Shown: in pieces, positions 27,901 through 40,400 of the stretch
Layout: each line of letters opens with the position of its first letter
How positions within the stretch are numbered: the stretch's first letter is position 1
Assembly: GCA_022605425.2 (NCBI GenBank)
Contig: JAKIMF020000011.1
Coordinates: forward strand, 62,001 to 126,000
Source of the DNA: Hamiltosporidium tvaerminnensis FI-OER-3-3
Lineage: Eukaryota > Fungi > Microsporidia
DNA: 64,000 nucleotides
Direction: 5' to 3'
Position numbers and translations under genes: made by a program
Notes under the pieces: generated by a model
What the model was told of the DNA's origin: nothing
Databases searched by the model: none
The model's input: the letters and a program-made list of their open reading frames with translations, nothing else

Positions 27901-28730
27901 TATATCTTTCAACCGAATTCTTATAGAACACTTCTATTTACAAAAATAAATTAAAATTTTCCATTATAACAATACCATCTTCATTTTTTTAGAATTTCGT
28001 CGTTATAAAAATTTCTCTTCTTTTTCTGGTTTAAAAACGTTCATATTGTAATTAATTTTAAATAAGTTTATAACTATACAATTGTACGTATTGTATTATT
28101 TTCTTGAAACACCTCAAGAATGCTAAAAAGTAATTTTAAACATCCTGATTTCCAATATATGTATAGCATATATCAATAATCTTAACTTTATAAACGAATT
28201 TTCTGAAATTTTAAGTTCGACATAATTTTATGATATTTTTTGTTTTAAATTTGATTGCATCTAAAATACCAGAAAATTCGTTTATAAAGTTAAGATTATT
28301 GATATATGCTATACATATATTGGAAAGTAGATGAAGTTATCCCAACTTAGCTCTTAATTATAAAAGCAACAAAGCATTGAAATATTGTATGCTTCTTTTT
28401 GTTTGGACTTGAACATAAAACGTTTTAAGATGAACAAATTTCGTTACAATACAAAGCTTATCACAATTTGAATGAGCGAAAATCGAGTAATCTTTTGATT
28501 GGATCAGCATTATGTACCATAAACTATTTTGTTTTCTTTGATTCTTCCAAATAAAAAAATAATTCGCTTCAGTATAGAGTGGAAAATATATTTCATATTG
28601 AGGAATTTAATAAAAATATAAATTTAAATTTTTTTAATCTAAATGTAATTATTGGATTTAATTAAAGGGCAACAAGTTTCAGTTAAATTAATTTTTATAT
28701 ATTTGTCTATTCCATGGAAAAGTGTAATAT
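19000..28730 (-). pseudogene. Copy III of the long element (modules A and B), truncated on the right
   Basis: Constant ~34.7-kb offset to copy VI over 9 kb: 19176/53870, 22439/57130, 23007/57666, 28149/62863. Minus-strand segments such as KKFFEFKELMTEEVEILVIFLRRM (~21550-21625) have counterparts in copies I and VI. Confidence 0.8.
28149..28326. repeat. Perfect 57-bp inverted repeat with a 64-bp spacer
   Basis: 28149-28205 (TTTCCAATATATGTATAGCATATATCAATAATCTTAACTTTATAAACGAATTTTCTG) is the exact reverse complement of 28270-28326. Confidence 0.95.
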
Positions 28731-28759
28731 AAAAATTTTAAAAAATATAGCTTTTTTTA

Positions 28760-29850
28760 AATTTTATAAAAGATATTCAATGTTGCTAAGAATATCTTTA
28801 AAAACAAATATTTGTTTTGATCAAAGAAAAAATTGCAATTTAGTGATCCTTTATAGGTTTCCGATGATAAATTAGTTCAAAGTTTAATAAATATTTTTTT
28901 CAAAAAGCAGTTCACCTAAGCGTATGTTTTATTGGTTGTTTCCTATCATTGTGACTCAATACAGTCATGAAATATAAGAGGATCAAAATTCTATTAATAT
29001 GTTTGTGTACCCTCAGTTCTTTATTAAAATTATTTAATAGGATTTCTATTCATGTTCTTACCTTTTTTTATATGTTTTTGAGGTCACTCATAATGTTTAT
29101 TTCTATATTAATTTAATTATAGATTTCTAGGTCATTAATTATTGGTATTGATTAAAATCTTAGAAAACTTATATTTTATCAGAACAATTTAGGAACAATA
29201 TATATTTTATGTCTTTTTTTGCAGAAAACGTTTTTATATTTTAGTCATGTTGGAAAAATAGGATAAAGATAGGATTCTATCTAGTTTACGGCAACGTAGA
29301 TAAAGCAAATAATAGAAATTTAATTTAATAGATATAATTGTGACTCTTGCTGTTCCATGAAGATCTTATTTATACAATTTGATTTAATATAAGCCTGAAC
29401 CATAACCTTTTATCTCTTTTATATATTTTCTTCTAACTATTTTACTCCGGAATTTTCCTTCTAAATCCTACTAATCATTAATGTGAATTTTCGAATTTTC
29501 TTCTGGAGTTCTGGCTGTATTTTTTGTTGTTTTTATATTTTTAATACCATCTTCATTGTTGCTGGCTCGTTTTTATCGCGGTTTGTTCTCCTTGCATCTG
29601 GCTCTCTTGGTAACACATATTGCCGCACTTTCATGGCTCTCTTTGGCATTTTGTATCGAATCAAGTCTTCTTCGTTCGATCAAAAAATACTTTTTGGACT
29701 CTCTTCTCAAGTAATATCGTTTGAACCTATGCTTTTATATTATAGAGTATTCCCAGTGTTTTTAAGCATGAATTATGGTATTTCGTCACAATAATATCCC
29801 AGGTCATCACATAAGCGATAATATTAAAACAACATCTGTAAATGTGTTAT
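28760..29850 (-). mobile_element. Probable decayed non-LTR retrotransposon fragment (gag-like CCHC knuckle, then start of an APE endonuclease)
   Basis: Locally GC-richer. With frameshifts, the minus strand at ~29590-29660 reads RY(K)KCQR.SHESAAICVTKRARC, resembling CX2CX4HX4C followed by RC. At ~28875-28925 it reads RLGELLFEKNIY*TLN, resembling the APE N.RG..L...LN region. It abuts the truncation of copy III. Confidence 0.4.
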
Positions 29851-29899
29851 AGAATTAATATTTTGTTATTTTTTACTTTGAATAAAATTTGATATTGTT

Positions 29900-32800
29900 T
29901 TTTTGTATTTTTTTGTTAGCTTATTTTTTTTTAATTTTGTTTAATATGTTTTATATATAGTAATTGAAACACTTTGAGAATTATAAATAACTTTAACACC
30001 AAAGATAAATATTTAATACTTAAAAATTGTTGCAAATAAATCAGATAGGTTTTTAAAAATATTACATGCCCTTTTATAATTTAATATAGCTATGTTTTTT
30101 CTGGGTTCTAGAACCTAATTTTCTACGTTTTTACTCGATAATTTGCTGTATACCGTTATGAAGCTATAAAAAAAATTTAAAAAAATACTTTCGATTAAAT
30201 ACTTAAGAATTTATTAAAATAATTTGAATCTGTTATAAATAATTAAATAAGATTGTTTATAATAGAATTTATTCATGTTTATGCGGATTTTTATTACCTA
30301 ATTTTTTTTAAATTTGTTCGTATATTTTTCTCTAGAAGTATGAAATATTCAGAAAATTTATATAAAAATAAGCAAAATAAATAAAACATCAAATGATTAA
30401 AAATCACCTAAAATGCTTGAGCTATCTTAAAGTAACTCAAAAAGCTATTTTAATATGAAATTATGTAACATTAAATCTAAGTTTTTTTAACTTATTTTTA
30501 GTAATTTTTTTCGATTTAATTTCTAAATTGTTGTTATGACAAGTTGAAATGATGAAAATTCAAGGAAAAAAAAGAAAGTTTTAATGATAAAAATTCTCTG
30601 AAAATTATACGAATTTCTTATATTAATCCAATTTAATTATATTTTTTAAAGGTTTGGGAATTTTATAGAAAATTTCATTGTAATTTTCAATATTTTTTTA
30701 GATATTATTTTCTATATACTGTATGAAACGATTCAAAATTAGAAAAAAAAATGCTGAAAAAACATTGTTTATAATCTCTAAGAACACATAGGAATGTAAC
30801 AAATGCTCTTAAGACATCCTTAATGTTATGTTAGGTCAAATTTTTTTAGATTGAATGAAAATTTTTTTACATAATTTTTTAAAGTCATTTGGTATATTTA
30901 CTATATACTGTATGGAACGATTCGAAAATTATTTCAAAAATAAATTCTAAAAAATATGTTATTCAATAAAAATTCTTTAAAATACTATTAGTCGTAGGTT
31001 ATTAGCGTAATATATTTATTCTTAGAAATTATATTTCGTTTGATCTATATTTTTGAAATTTTTTAAAATTCTTAGATAAGGTTTAGTATAGTTGTATTAA
31101 CAATTGTAAATTTCTAAAAAGAAACTAGAAAGAAATATATAATTTATTACAAAAAGAATGGCTAAAATATCAAATATATACTTATAAAGATCCGATTGAG
31201 ATCATAAAAAAATTGGTCAGTTTTTGGTCAGTTTTTTGATTTACTTAATCAGTTTTCGACATTCGTACATCGATTTAAAAAAATTAAAAACGTTTTTATA
31301 AAAAACAAACGCTTAAATGCATAGGAATAAATATAAACACATCAAATGCTAATTAAATAAACTTACTGTAGTATTTACTAAAAAAATTTAGCAGTTTTTC
31401 TTATAAATTTTTATTGGTTATTTTTGCAAATTGGCTTGATATATCATTTATATGTGTATGAAGAAATCCAAGAATTATGAATCAATCGAGTGGCACAAAT
31501 ACAAGACAAAATAATTTATAACGCACCAAATCTAAAAAAAAAATGCGTCTGTTTGCATAAGATAGCTTTTTATGATAAACTAAGTCATTTTGTGTGTTTA
31601 TTTCAATAATAAATCTTTTTAGAATCTTTAAGCATATTAACTATAATTTATGTCTAGATTTGAAAATTAAAAAAAACATCAACGAGAAAATATATATTCA
31701 ATGCACAAATTGTAAGAATCTATCTAAAAGTCCTACAATAACTAAATGATTTCTTCTGAGTAAACTCCGAAGTTCTGAAAGTAATCTCTAAATTAATTTC
31801 TCGAATTTGTCAAACATATATGGCGTATAATGTATGAAGCAATTTAAAAAAGAAGGTGAAAATCTTCTTGAAAGAATAGTCAGCTTTAACTTGGTAAAAA
31901 TATCGCAAAAATTAAATTTCAGTATAGTATAACTGAATATTTTTCTTGTAATTTAAATTTATAGTATAAGTTTCTTTTAAATACGAAGGAATTAATTTTT
32001 TTGATTTTTTTGATTTGTTTTATGTAAGTCGTTTGAATGATATGAAAATTTGAAAAAAATATAATTAAAAAAATACATGTATTGTTTGATAAAAATTCAT
32101 ATGAATGCATCAGATGTTTGGTAAATGATTTTAATAATAGTTAAAAATAAATCTGGTCATTTGTATTAACTTTTTTTATTGCTTGATTTTTTTTTATTTT
32201 GTTTAATAGAGTTACATATGTCAGTATTGAAGATTGGAAAATTTCAAAAAAATCATTGTAAAAAAGAAATACTATTTAAGGCTTAGAAATTATTAAAAAT
32301 ACTACGATTATGTTTAAAAAAATATGACTGTTATGCTCGTAATGAAATTTGGTGGTGTAAATTCAAATCTTCTTTACATAATTTTTTTTATTTTTTTCGT
32401 TATATATTTATTTGTATATAGTATTTAAAACGAATATAGAATTATCAAAAACATAGAAGATGTATAATATTTTTAAATAGTCAAAAAACACAAAAATTAC
32501 AAGAAATTATCTTATAAAGAATCAATGATTGTGTTTTTAAAAAAAATGTTTTCTATTTTTAAGAACATTTTTTCATAAATTTTTGAAATTTTGTAGAACC
32601 TATTCTGTATATAGTGTATAAGCTATTGTAAATTTTTTAAAAAAACGTTAAAATATAACTTTTTTAATACCCGAAAATCACTTTGAACATAATAAATAAT
32701 TGTTCAATAATTAAATAATTGTACGTTAAAAAAAATTTATATGTGCTTGTTATATTTCTGTGATCTAAAATTTTCGAATTTGTCGATTTATTTATGATGA

Positions 32801-32900
32801 TCGTTTTGAAGATTCTAAAATATAAAAAAAACAACTAAGATTATATGCATGAAAATTCCTGGAAAATGTACAGAAATGTTATAAATATCAATTATGGTTT
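29900..32900. repeat. Degenerate tandem satellite, ~190-bp period, ~16 units
   Basis: A TATATAxTGTATGAAxCGATTxxAAATT-like motif recurs at ~29955, 30147, 30330, 30530, 30711, 30901, 31085, 31260, 31448, 31640, 31825, 32025, 32215, 32415, 32606 and 32800. The best-matching pair is 30712/30901 (CTATATACTGTATGxAACGATTC). Confidence 0.75.
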
Positions 32901-32949
32901 CTTTTGATTAAATCAGCCATTTTTACTTTAAATTGTAAAACTTGTTTTA

Positions 32950-35400
32950 TTTTTTTAATTTTATTCATATTTTTTACTTTTTAAGTTTTTTTAAGTGTAA
33001 TACTTTATTTAAATTATTTTACTTCTTTTTACTACATTTATAATTTCTACTTATATTTAGATTGATTCATTTAAATTGATTTTACTGAACCTTTATCTAC
33101 TTTTTGAATTCGTTCACGTTTTTTGCTTACTCCTTTTGTTATTGATTTACTAAGTAAATTGGTCACCTATACAATTAGTTTTTCTACTTATGAAACAAGT
33201 CTAGTTATTTTAATCTTAAAGTTATAGAATAAAGAACCATTTTATTTTCTAATAATCTATAATTTTATCTTGTTTTCCTTAAACGCTTTTATTTTATAGT
33301 CATTTATCTTATAATTCATTCAATCATAACAATATGTTACATTGTAATATATACTTAAGTATTTTCTCGATTTATATGATTTTAATGGGTTAACCTTAAA
33401 AAGCTTAAAAAATTTACTTAAATTGGAAGTTTTTGAGTGTAAGGTATTGAATGTTTTTTTGTGTTTTTAGAATATTTGGAATATTAAAACCTTATATCAG
33501 TATCTTAAAATAAGATTTTCTTATCTTGGTCATAATACGTTGTGTTCAGTCTAAATATGGCCGTATTAAATTATGTGAAATTCTTCGGAAAAGCTCTCAG
33601 TATATTGTTACCAACATTAATCATATATGGGATTTATAGATAACTTTCGATTTCTATATAACTTGATATCATCATCCTTTCCTTAAATTGAGTAAAATAC
33701 CAGTCATCTATTATAAATGTATTGTTTATGTTACTTAAAAAAACATAAATATATGCGAAAGAAAGATGTATATTTGAAAAGGTATTTTTATCATGTATTG
33801 AACTTTTCAATGAATTAATGAGAAAAGTATACTTATTCCTTTCTTGAAATGGATTATATTTTTATAGATTTATAAGACATTAATTTATTATTCATATGTA
33901 ATAAAATCCATAGGCAGTAGATTTTAATATTTAATTTGTCTCATTATATCCATATAAATAAATATTTCATTTCATAATATATAGCCAGAGTGAACCAAAT
34001 TGAATTTTTATAGAATAAATGTATTAAATGTTTTAATTTTATAAAGTCTTTTTATTAAATCTATATACCATCTTAGTGCTAAGATCGAAAGTATTGAATA
34101 AAAATAAATAGTATATTTAGAAAACCCTCTTGAAGTTATAACCTTATTTTATTTATATTACTTTCTATAAAAACTACATTTCAATAACTGTTTATGTATT
34201 AATTATTTGTTAATTTCAATGCCCTTGATTTATCTACCTAGGTTAATGACGATTGCTATAAATTTTTTTTAAATGGTATGTATATCTACATTATTTTGGT
34301 TTTCTAAGATTTTTCACTTTGTTTGAGGCAATACGAAGTAAAATAATTTGAATAATATTTTAATTATGGTATAAAGACAGAATAAATATTTAATCTATAT
34401 AGCTCAGTAAAAGGCATCTTAATATATCATAATTTATAATATATATTTTGACAATTAATATAAATCTCGAGCAAATCTTCAAAAAATAAAGAAATGCATA
34501 TATTGGTGTAGAATATAAGAAATGATTACACTTTGATATCTAAATATATTTATAGGTGGATATTAAGGTAGAAATTTTAAAAAATACTCTTATAATTTAA
34601 TGAAACAAGTATTTGCAACTCTTCCAATAAAATTTCTATGCTAGTATCTTTTGATTTATAGATTATCATATAGAACTTATATCTGTCTAATAAAAATAAA
34701 AAAAGAAAGACAAATGGTTATAAAAAATTCAATAAAGTGTGAATAGGGTTATAGGTTAAGGCATCAGCTACGAGTGAGTTAAGACCATCTTAGTATGAAA
34801 CTTCTGATTCTTCCTTATATAAATAAAGATTAAATCTATAGTAAAGCAATATAAACAAAAGTCACGATCAACATATACATTTACTGAAAAAATCGCAACT
34901 GAATATATTTTTATATTACACAACATAGGCTAATTTGTATTATAAAAGTACATATGTAAGAATATTTGCATGTGTCGATACTTGGTTCAAAGGGTAGTGT
35001 CAAAAAACTCATCCGATCTTTGTTAAAGTCTGATTTAACTTAATAAGTGAATGATTTGACTTAGAATATATTGGTAAATACCTATACCAATATCATTAAC
35101 TTAGATTACGATAACTCCAAGGAAAATAGCCCAATTAAGGGATACAATCGCCTATTTTAAAGAACTCGGTGTGAAGATGTATATCATGAAGAAAAAAAGG
35201 TAAAATATCGTGTTGTGGTTTATAGGTCAAACTATTAAAAACTAAAAACCTTTATTTCTTCTAATAAAAAAACCTTGTTCTTTTTAATTATCCTGACCTG
35301 TTTTGTATAAACGTATAAAAAAACTTTTTGTCAATTGTGATACATGAGCGAGATTTAGGCTCTATCATAGACTTGTGTTCTTTTTATATAATGTGATTCC
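32950..35400 (-). pseudogene. Copy IV, left half (module A, closest to copy II)
   Basis: Offset of ~21.47 kb to copy II (12041/33524, 13532/34987). It shares GAAACTTCTGATTCTTCCTTATAT exactly (13350/34797). Homology stops at 35400, equivalent to copy II ~13942. Confidence 0.8.
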
Positions 35401-37450
35401 ATATCTTTTTTTCAGATTCCCTCTACAATTATCCATATTCTTTTCTATAATTTGTAACCCTAATCATCTATATATACCTTTCTTAGATATCAGCCTAGTT
35501 ATATTCTTACCTCCCGCCTTATATTAAATCTTTCTCTTCCACATAAAATTATTCCTCCTCTCATAGAACCAACATTTATATACCCTTTACTAAAAGTATT
35601 TTCCTTACCTTCTAACCACATTCTATACCTTACATTACCATGATAATTCTTATTATCTGCTTATAACCCCGTTTTTATATACTTGATTAGCCATTAAAGA
35701 CAACCCTAGCCTTACCTCTCCCACACCTCTTCCCTATATAATTCGTAACTCTTTGTCCTTTTTTCTCTACTATTATTCCTACCATAAAATTAACATTTAT
35801 TTCCAATAACTTTTTTCCTAAACAAATCCTACTAGTTTACGGTTTGAAAGCAATTCTATATTTTACAAGACTTTTTAATACTCATCTCTTTATCTTCATT
35901 CATACTGAGTGCCTTTTCAAATATATCCTGGATTTGCCTAGAATTCAACAAACCTTATTCCCTATCATTTCCTTACCCATACTTTTTTACTTGTTCTATT
36001 TCTTAATTCGTTATCATACTTTACCTTTCCTTTCTCTATCTTTTCACTCTACATTTTTCTAATTTTTCCTATAATTTTTTTCTTTCTAAATTTCAAATAA
36101 CCATATATTTATAGAATTCTAATTTTATTCGTTACATATTTCAACTTACTTTATTCCCAGGTATTCTATCTACCTTTCTCCTTATTTTTCTTCAATCTTT
36201 ACACTACCTCTATATTTTCATCCGCTAACTATTATCAACTCCGATGCCTTTGCTGTCTTTAATTTTATTTTTACTCTTACTTCTGATTCTGGAAAAAGTT
36301 ATTGTCAAATAAATTTTAAACGCAGTAAGTAAAATTCTGCTATTTAATTTTTATGCTTTTGGTGGGTTTATCCTTCTTCTTACTAGTACTTATAGTTGTT
36401 TAAAATTATGTTTGATATTTCTTTTTTACTTTCTCCTTATTTTTTCCGCTCTTTTCTTTATTCTACTTTTACTAAAGTAAAGTTTTAATATTTCCCCCTC
36501 ATTAAAATTTCTTAGGATTTTACTCTATTTTTTATTTCTTACCCCTGTATATATTGTTTTCCTTAAATATAAATTGATATACGTTCCTTGATATAAATTC
36601 TTTTTATGGGTTGTCGATAAAATTTCTTGCATTCCTTGAAGATAAATTTAAAAGAAATACTGGCTACATCTCTTATTTTTGTATAAATCATCATATTTTC
36701 CTATATAATTAGCTGATTCCTTTTTCTATGTCAAACATTGCAGTATCTTACTAATTACTTTTCTGAAGATACTCCTACAAATGAAGCTGCTTTTTCGCAT
36801 TTTTCTGAAATATTTTAAACCCCAATTCAATCTTATCAAATGCGGTATTTTTCATACTATTTTATCTCTCATAGTTTCTAAAAATAGCTATAATTCTTAT
36901 AATCTATAACTACATTTTCAAATATATTAAAACCACCTTTTCTTACTGTTATTTTTATATTCCGTTATATCTTTTTTCTTTTTAAATTTTTACATGTAAA
37001 AAGAAATTTGTCACTTTATTTTTCTTACTATTTTCCTATTTTATACGCAGTATATTATTTACATTTTTTTTTCAAGCCTATAATTTTATTTTTTTAAATA
37101 TTTGGTATTTTTCGCAAACTTATATTTTGCTTACTTTTCTTAAGTCTGTACGTATGTTTTCTAATTCTGCTGACATATTCACCTTTTTAGTCATATTTAT
37201 ATTAGTTACACTGTTTTTTGTAAAGATTTAGATTTTTATTATTTTTTTTGGTTTATATATTAGAAACTTTAATTTCATTTTGAAATCACTAATATTTCAG
37301 TGAAATTTCTGCCCTGTTTTTTCTTCTTAAAGCACCGTTTCCTTTTTTTCATATTACATTACAAAGTCTTCTATTTTCTCCGAAACACATTTTCTAGCTC
37401 CGATCATTACTTTTTGTATTTATCTGTATAGAATTTGATTTCACTAAATT
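35400..37450 (-). mobile_element. Probable decayed LINE-like fragment (ORF1 end plus APE endonuclease-like region)
   Basis: Abrupt switch to a purine-rich minus strand. Degenerate APE-like motifs occur in the expected order: MVGIIVE (~35765-35785), GKRCGRGKARVV (~35700-35735, cf. GRGGGV) and IILCG..FN (~35520-35555, cf. IILGDFN). Confidence 0.35.
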
Positions 37451-40400
37451 TGAACAAAAAACATTTAAATTCGTGTAATACATACTTTACTTTTTCTCGT
37501 AATTAAGGAATAATATAAATTAAATAAATTAATTTTAACACATAAGAACAATGTTAGAGTATAGCAGGTGAAGATATTTATTACTTCTCCTATTACACAT
37601 TAATAATTTTTTTTACCATTGATATTTATACCCTAGTAATTCTATGCAAAGCTATATGATAAAATGTAGTAGTGTGTAGACTAATACGAAAACAGAAATA
37701 TCAATCTAACCCTTTTAATGAAAAGATTCTTAATGCGTGTATTTGTTTAAAAATTAATGAATTTTTTATAACGATTAGTTTCTAAAAAAATAAATTGATT
37801 TAAATTAATGATACTGAAAAAATATATAAGAATACTGTGAGAATTCGAAATTTTCTAGATGGATTTTGTGACAAAACTTACTATTTTAACTGAATCTCAT
37901 TACAAATTTTAGAATAATTATTATTTGTTTCAGATTTTTAATGGCGTAAGATATTTCAGTATAACTTGGGTTAATTATCATGCGTAAACTACTTCCATGT
38001 GGTTGTTATAAGAAATAACTGGAAACCAAAGTATGAACTCATTAAAGTCCTCTTTGAATATTCTTAATCTATTATTTTTTTTATTTTATTAGTAATATTG
38101 TAGTAAAACAATGAATTTTGTTTTTTAATTATTAAACTGAAGATTCTTTAATAAAGCAAAAATATTTTATTTTTTTCAAATATGTCAACTACAAAAAAAT
38201 TAAAATATTTGTGTTTTGAATAAAATAATTTATTAAATTATCTAAAATTTTTAGTATTAAAGCGTTATTTTAAATTATTTTTTATCTGTTGAAATTATTT
38301 TACATTTCTTTTAAAGATTTTTTTTATTTTTTTTTAATTTAATAAAATGTAATTTCAAAATTTCTAAAACCAATAACCAATATAATAGAAATATATTTCC
38401 CCCTAAAGAGTTCCTTATAAAAACAAATTTTTTAAAAATAATATTCGTATCCTAGAATTTAAAAGATTTGAAAAATAGAAGAAAGGGAATCGGCAACATA
38501 ACAGCTTAAGAATATTGTTGCTTACTTGTTATACTAGAAGATGTAAAATTCCTATTCCTACACAAATTTTAGAAAACATTTGAAATCTGAATGAGAAAAT
38601 ATGCTAGATGAATATGAAATTTTTTATTGAAAAGGCATTTGTATCATTAGAAATAGGTTGGCTTTAAATTCGAGCAAATACGAATATAATTTGTTGTGTC
38701 TATGAAGTTGAAGATTCTCTAATTTCTTTTGCATTCTATGGAAAGGCTGAAGTATGTATACGAAAACATTGCTATGCTGATTAGGATAAGAGCTGTCCGG
38801 ATTTCTTTAAACATAGATAGATATTTTTCTAAATTTCTTTGATGTTGCTGCTAATTTGTATTTTCAAGAAACAATCGCTAATGAGCGAACAGTAAGGTGT
38901 GCTAAACTGTTTATAATATGAGAAATTTGTTAAATAATTAGAAGGAATGATGCATTGAATCATTAAAATAAATTTTTATGTTATGTTATATTTTTTCTTT
39001 ATATTCTTGTTTTTCTCTATTTGTTTTTATTTTTATAACTTACATAAGGCTTTTTATTGATTATTGCAATTTGCTTTAACTTGATCTAAAGCTTGAAAAT
39101 TAAGTTCATTTGTTAATTTTTGCAATTTTCGTTCCTTTGGTTAGCAATGCAGGTCTTTTTGTTTTATAATTATAAATGAGTTTTTCTTCTTATATAGGAT
39201 ATATTTGTGGGTTTTAAAAATGAGTCCAGAGAAGATGATTTAGCAAAGTGATTTTACAAAGTCCAACTTTAAAATCTTTAAATTGCACAGATGAGTTGTT
39301 ATGTTTCTTTATAATAGGTTAAAATGTTTCACCAGCCTATTCTACTGTGTGTAAAAGGTTATATATGCGCATAATATCTAATGCGCTAAAAAAAATATGA
39401 ATTAAATCGACTTTGAACTTAAATAATAACTGTTTTAGATTACAAATCAAGCAATTAGTGCGAAGTTTCTTTTTATGATATATTTGAAGTCAAAAGCATA
39501 CTGTTGAAATTTTTTAGAAGCGTAAAGTCAATTCGTGTATTTCTGTAATTATTATACTTGAAAAATGTTTAAATTAAATAATCTTAATGATAATTATAGC
39601 ATTTCTTAAATTGCAATTTAGATCGTTGCCAATGTTTGGATTTAATTTAATCAATTTTAGGCAGAAATACTATGATATTATAAATACATTATCGTTCTAT
39701 TAATTGTTTTTATGATTATATTATTTTGTCTTTAATTTTCTATTGATAGAAATATTCTGGTTTTATTTTAAATTTTTTAAACCTTTCATTTATAATTTTA
39801 AGTTTATATCAAAATCGTTACGCGTAGGAACCTAAGGAAGAACATAAATACATGATAAAATCTAATCAAGACCTTATCGCAGAACTTAAAATTCTAACTA
39901 AATTTCCTTTGTATAGACATGGATTGTTCGTATAGATATTAAACCCCTGTAAACCTTTACATATAAAATCGCATCTAAAATAGTTAAAAGTAGGGCCATT
40001 TAGATGACTAGGAATAAATTGTTAATTTAGTTATGTGGTTTCAAACATTTTTGAGTTAGCATTTAGTTTTTACATTTTTTTAGTTTAAAATAATTTTATT
40101 ATTTTTTGTCAAGCTATTTTTTATACAATGAAAGGTTCATGTGATTAAAAACGCAGGTTATTAGAGTACACAAGTAAAGTTTTATAATAGAAGACTTTCA
40201 GAGACAAAAAAACTATTCTAACCTTATGGTAGAGAACTGGTATATTTTTTAGATGTGTGGATTGTTTAAATCAAGGCATATTAAACTTTTTTGTAAAGTT
40301 GTAAATGTTAAAGTTAACTTATTGCTATAAAATAAATGTATTTTGAAAAAAATTCATGCATAATGAATGCTATAACCAATTATTCATGTATAATTAAATA

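Noticed and set aside
38670-38900. Possible insect odorant-receptor C-terminal remnant (EVEDSLISFAFY...KTLL...IRAVR) on the plus strand
   Set aside because: It needs several frameshifts, lacks the conserved W and SY residues, and has no supportable exon structure.
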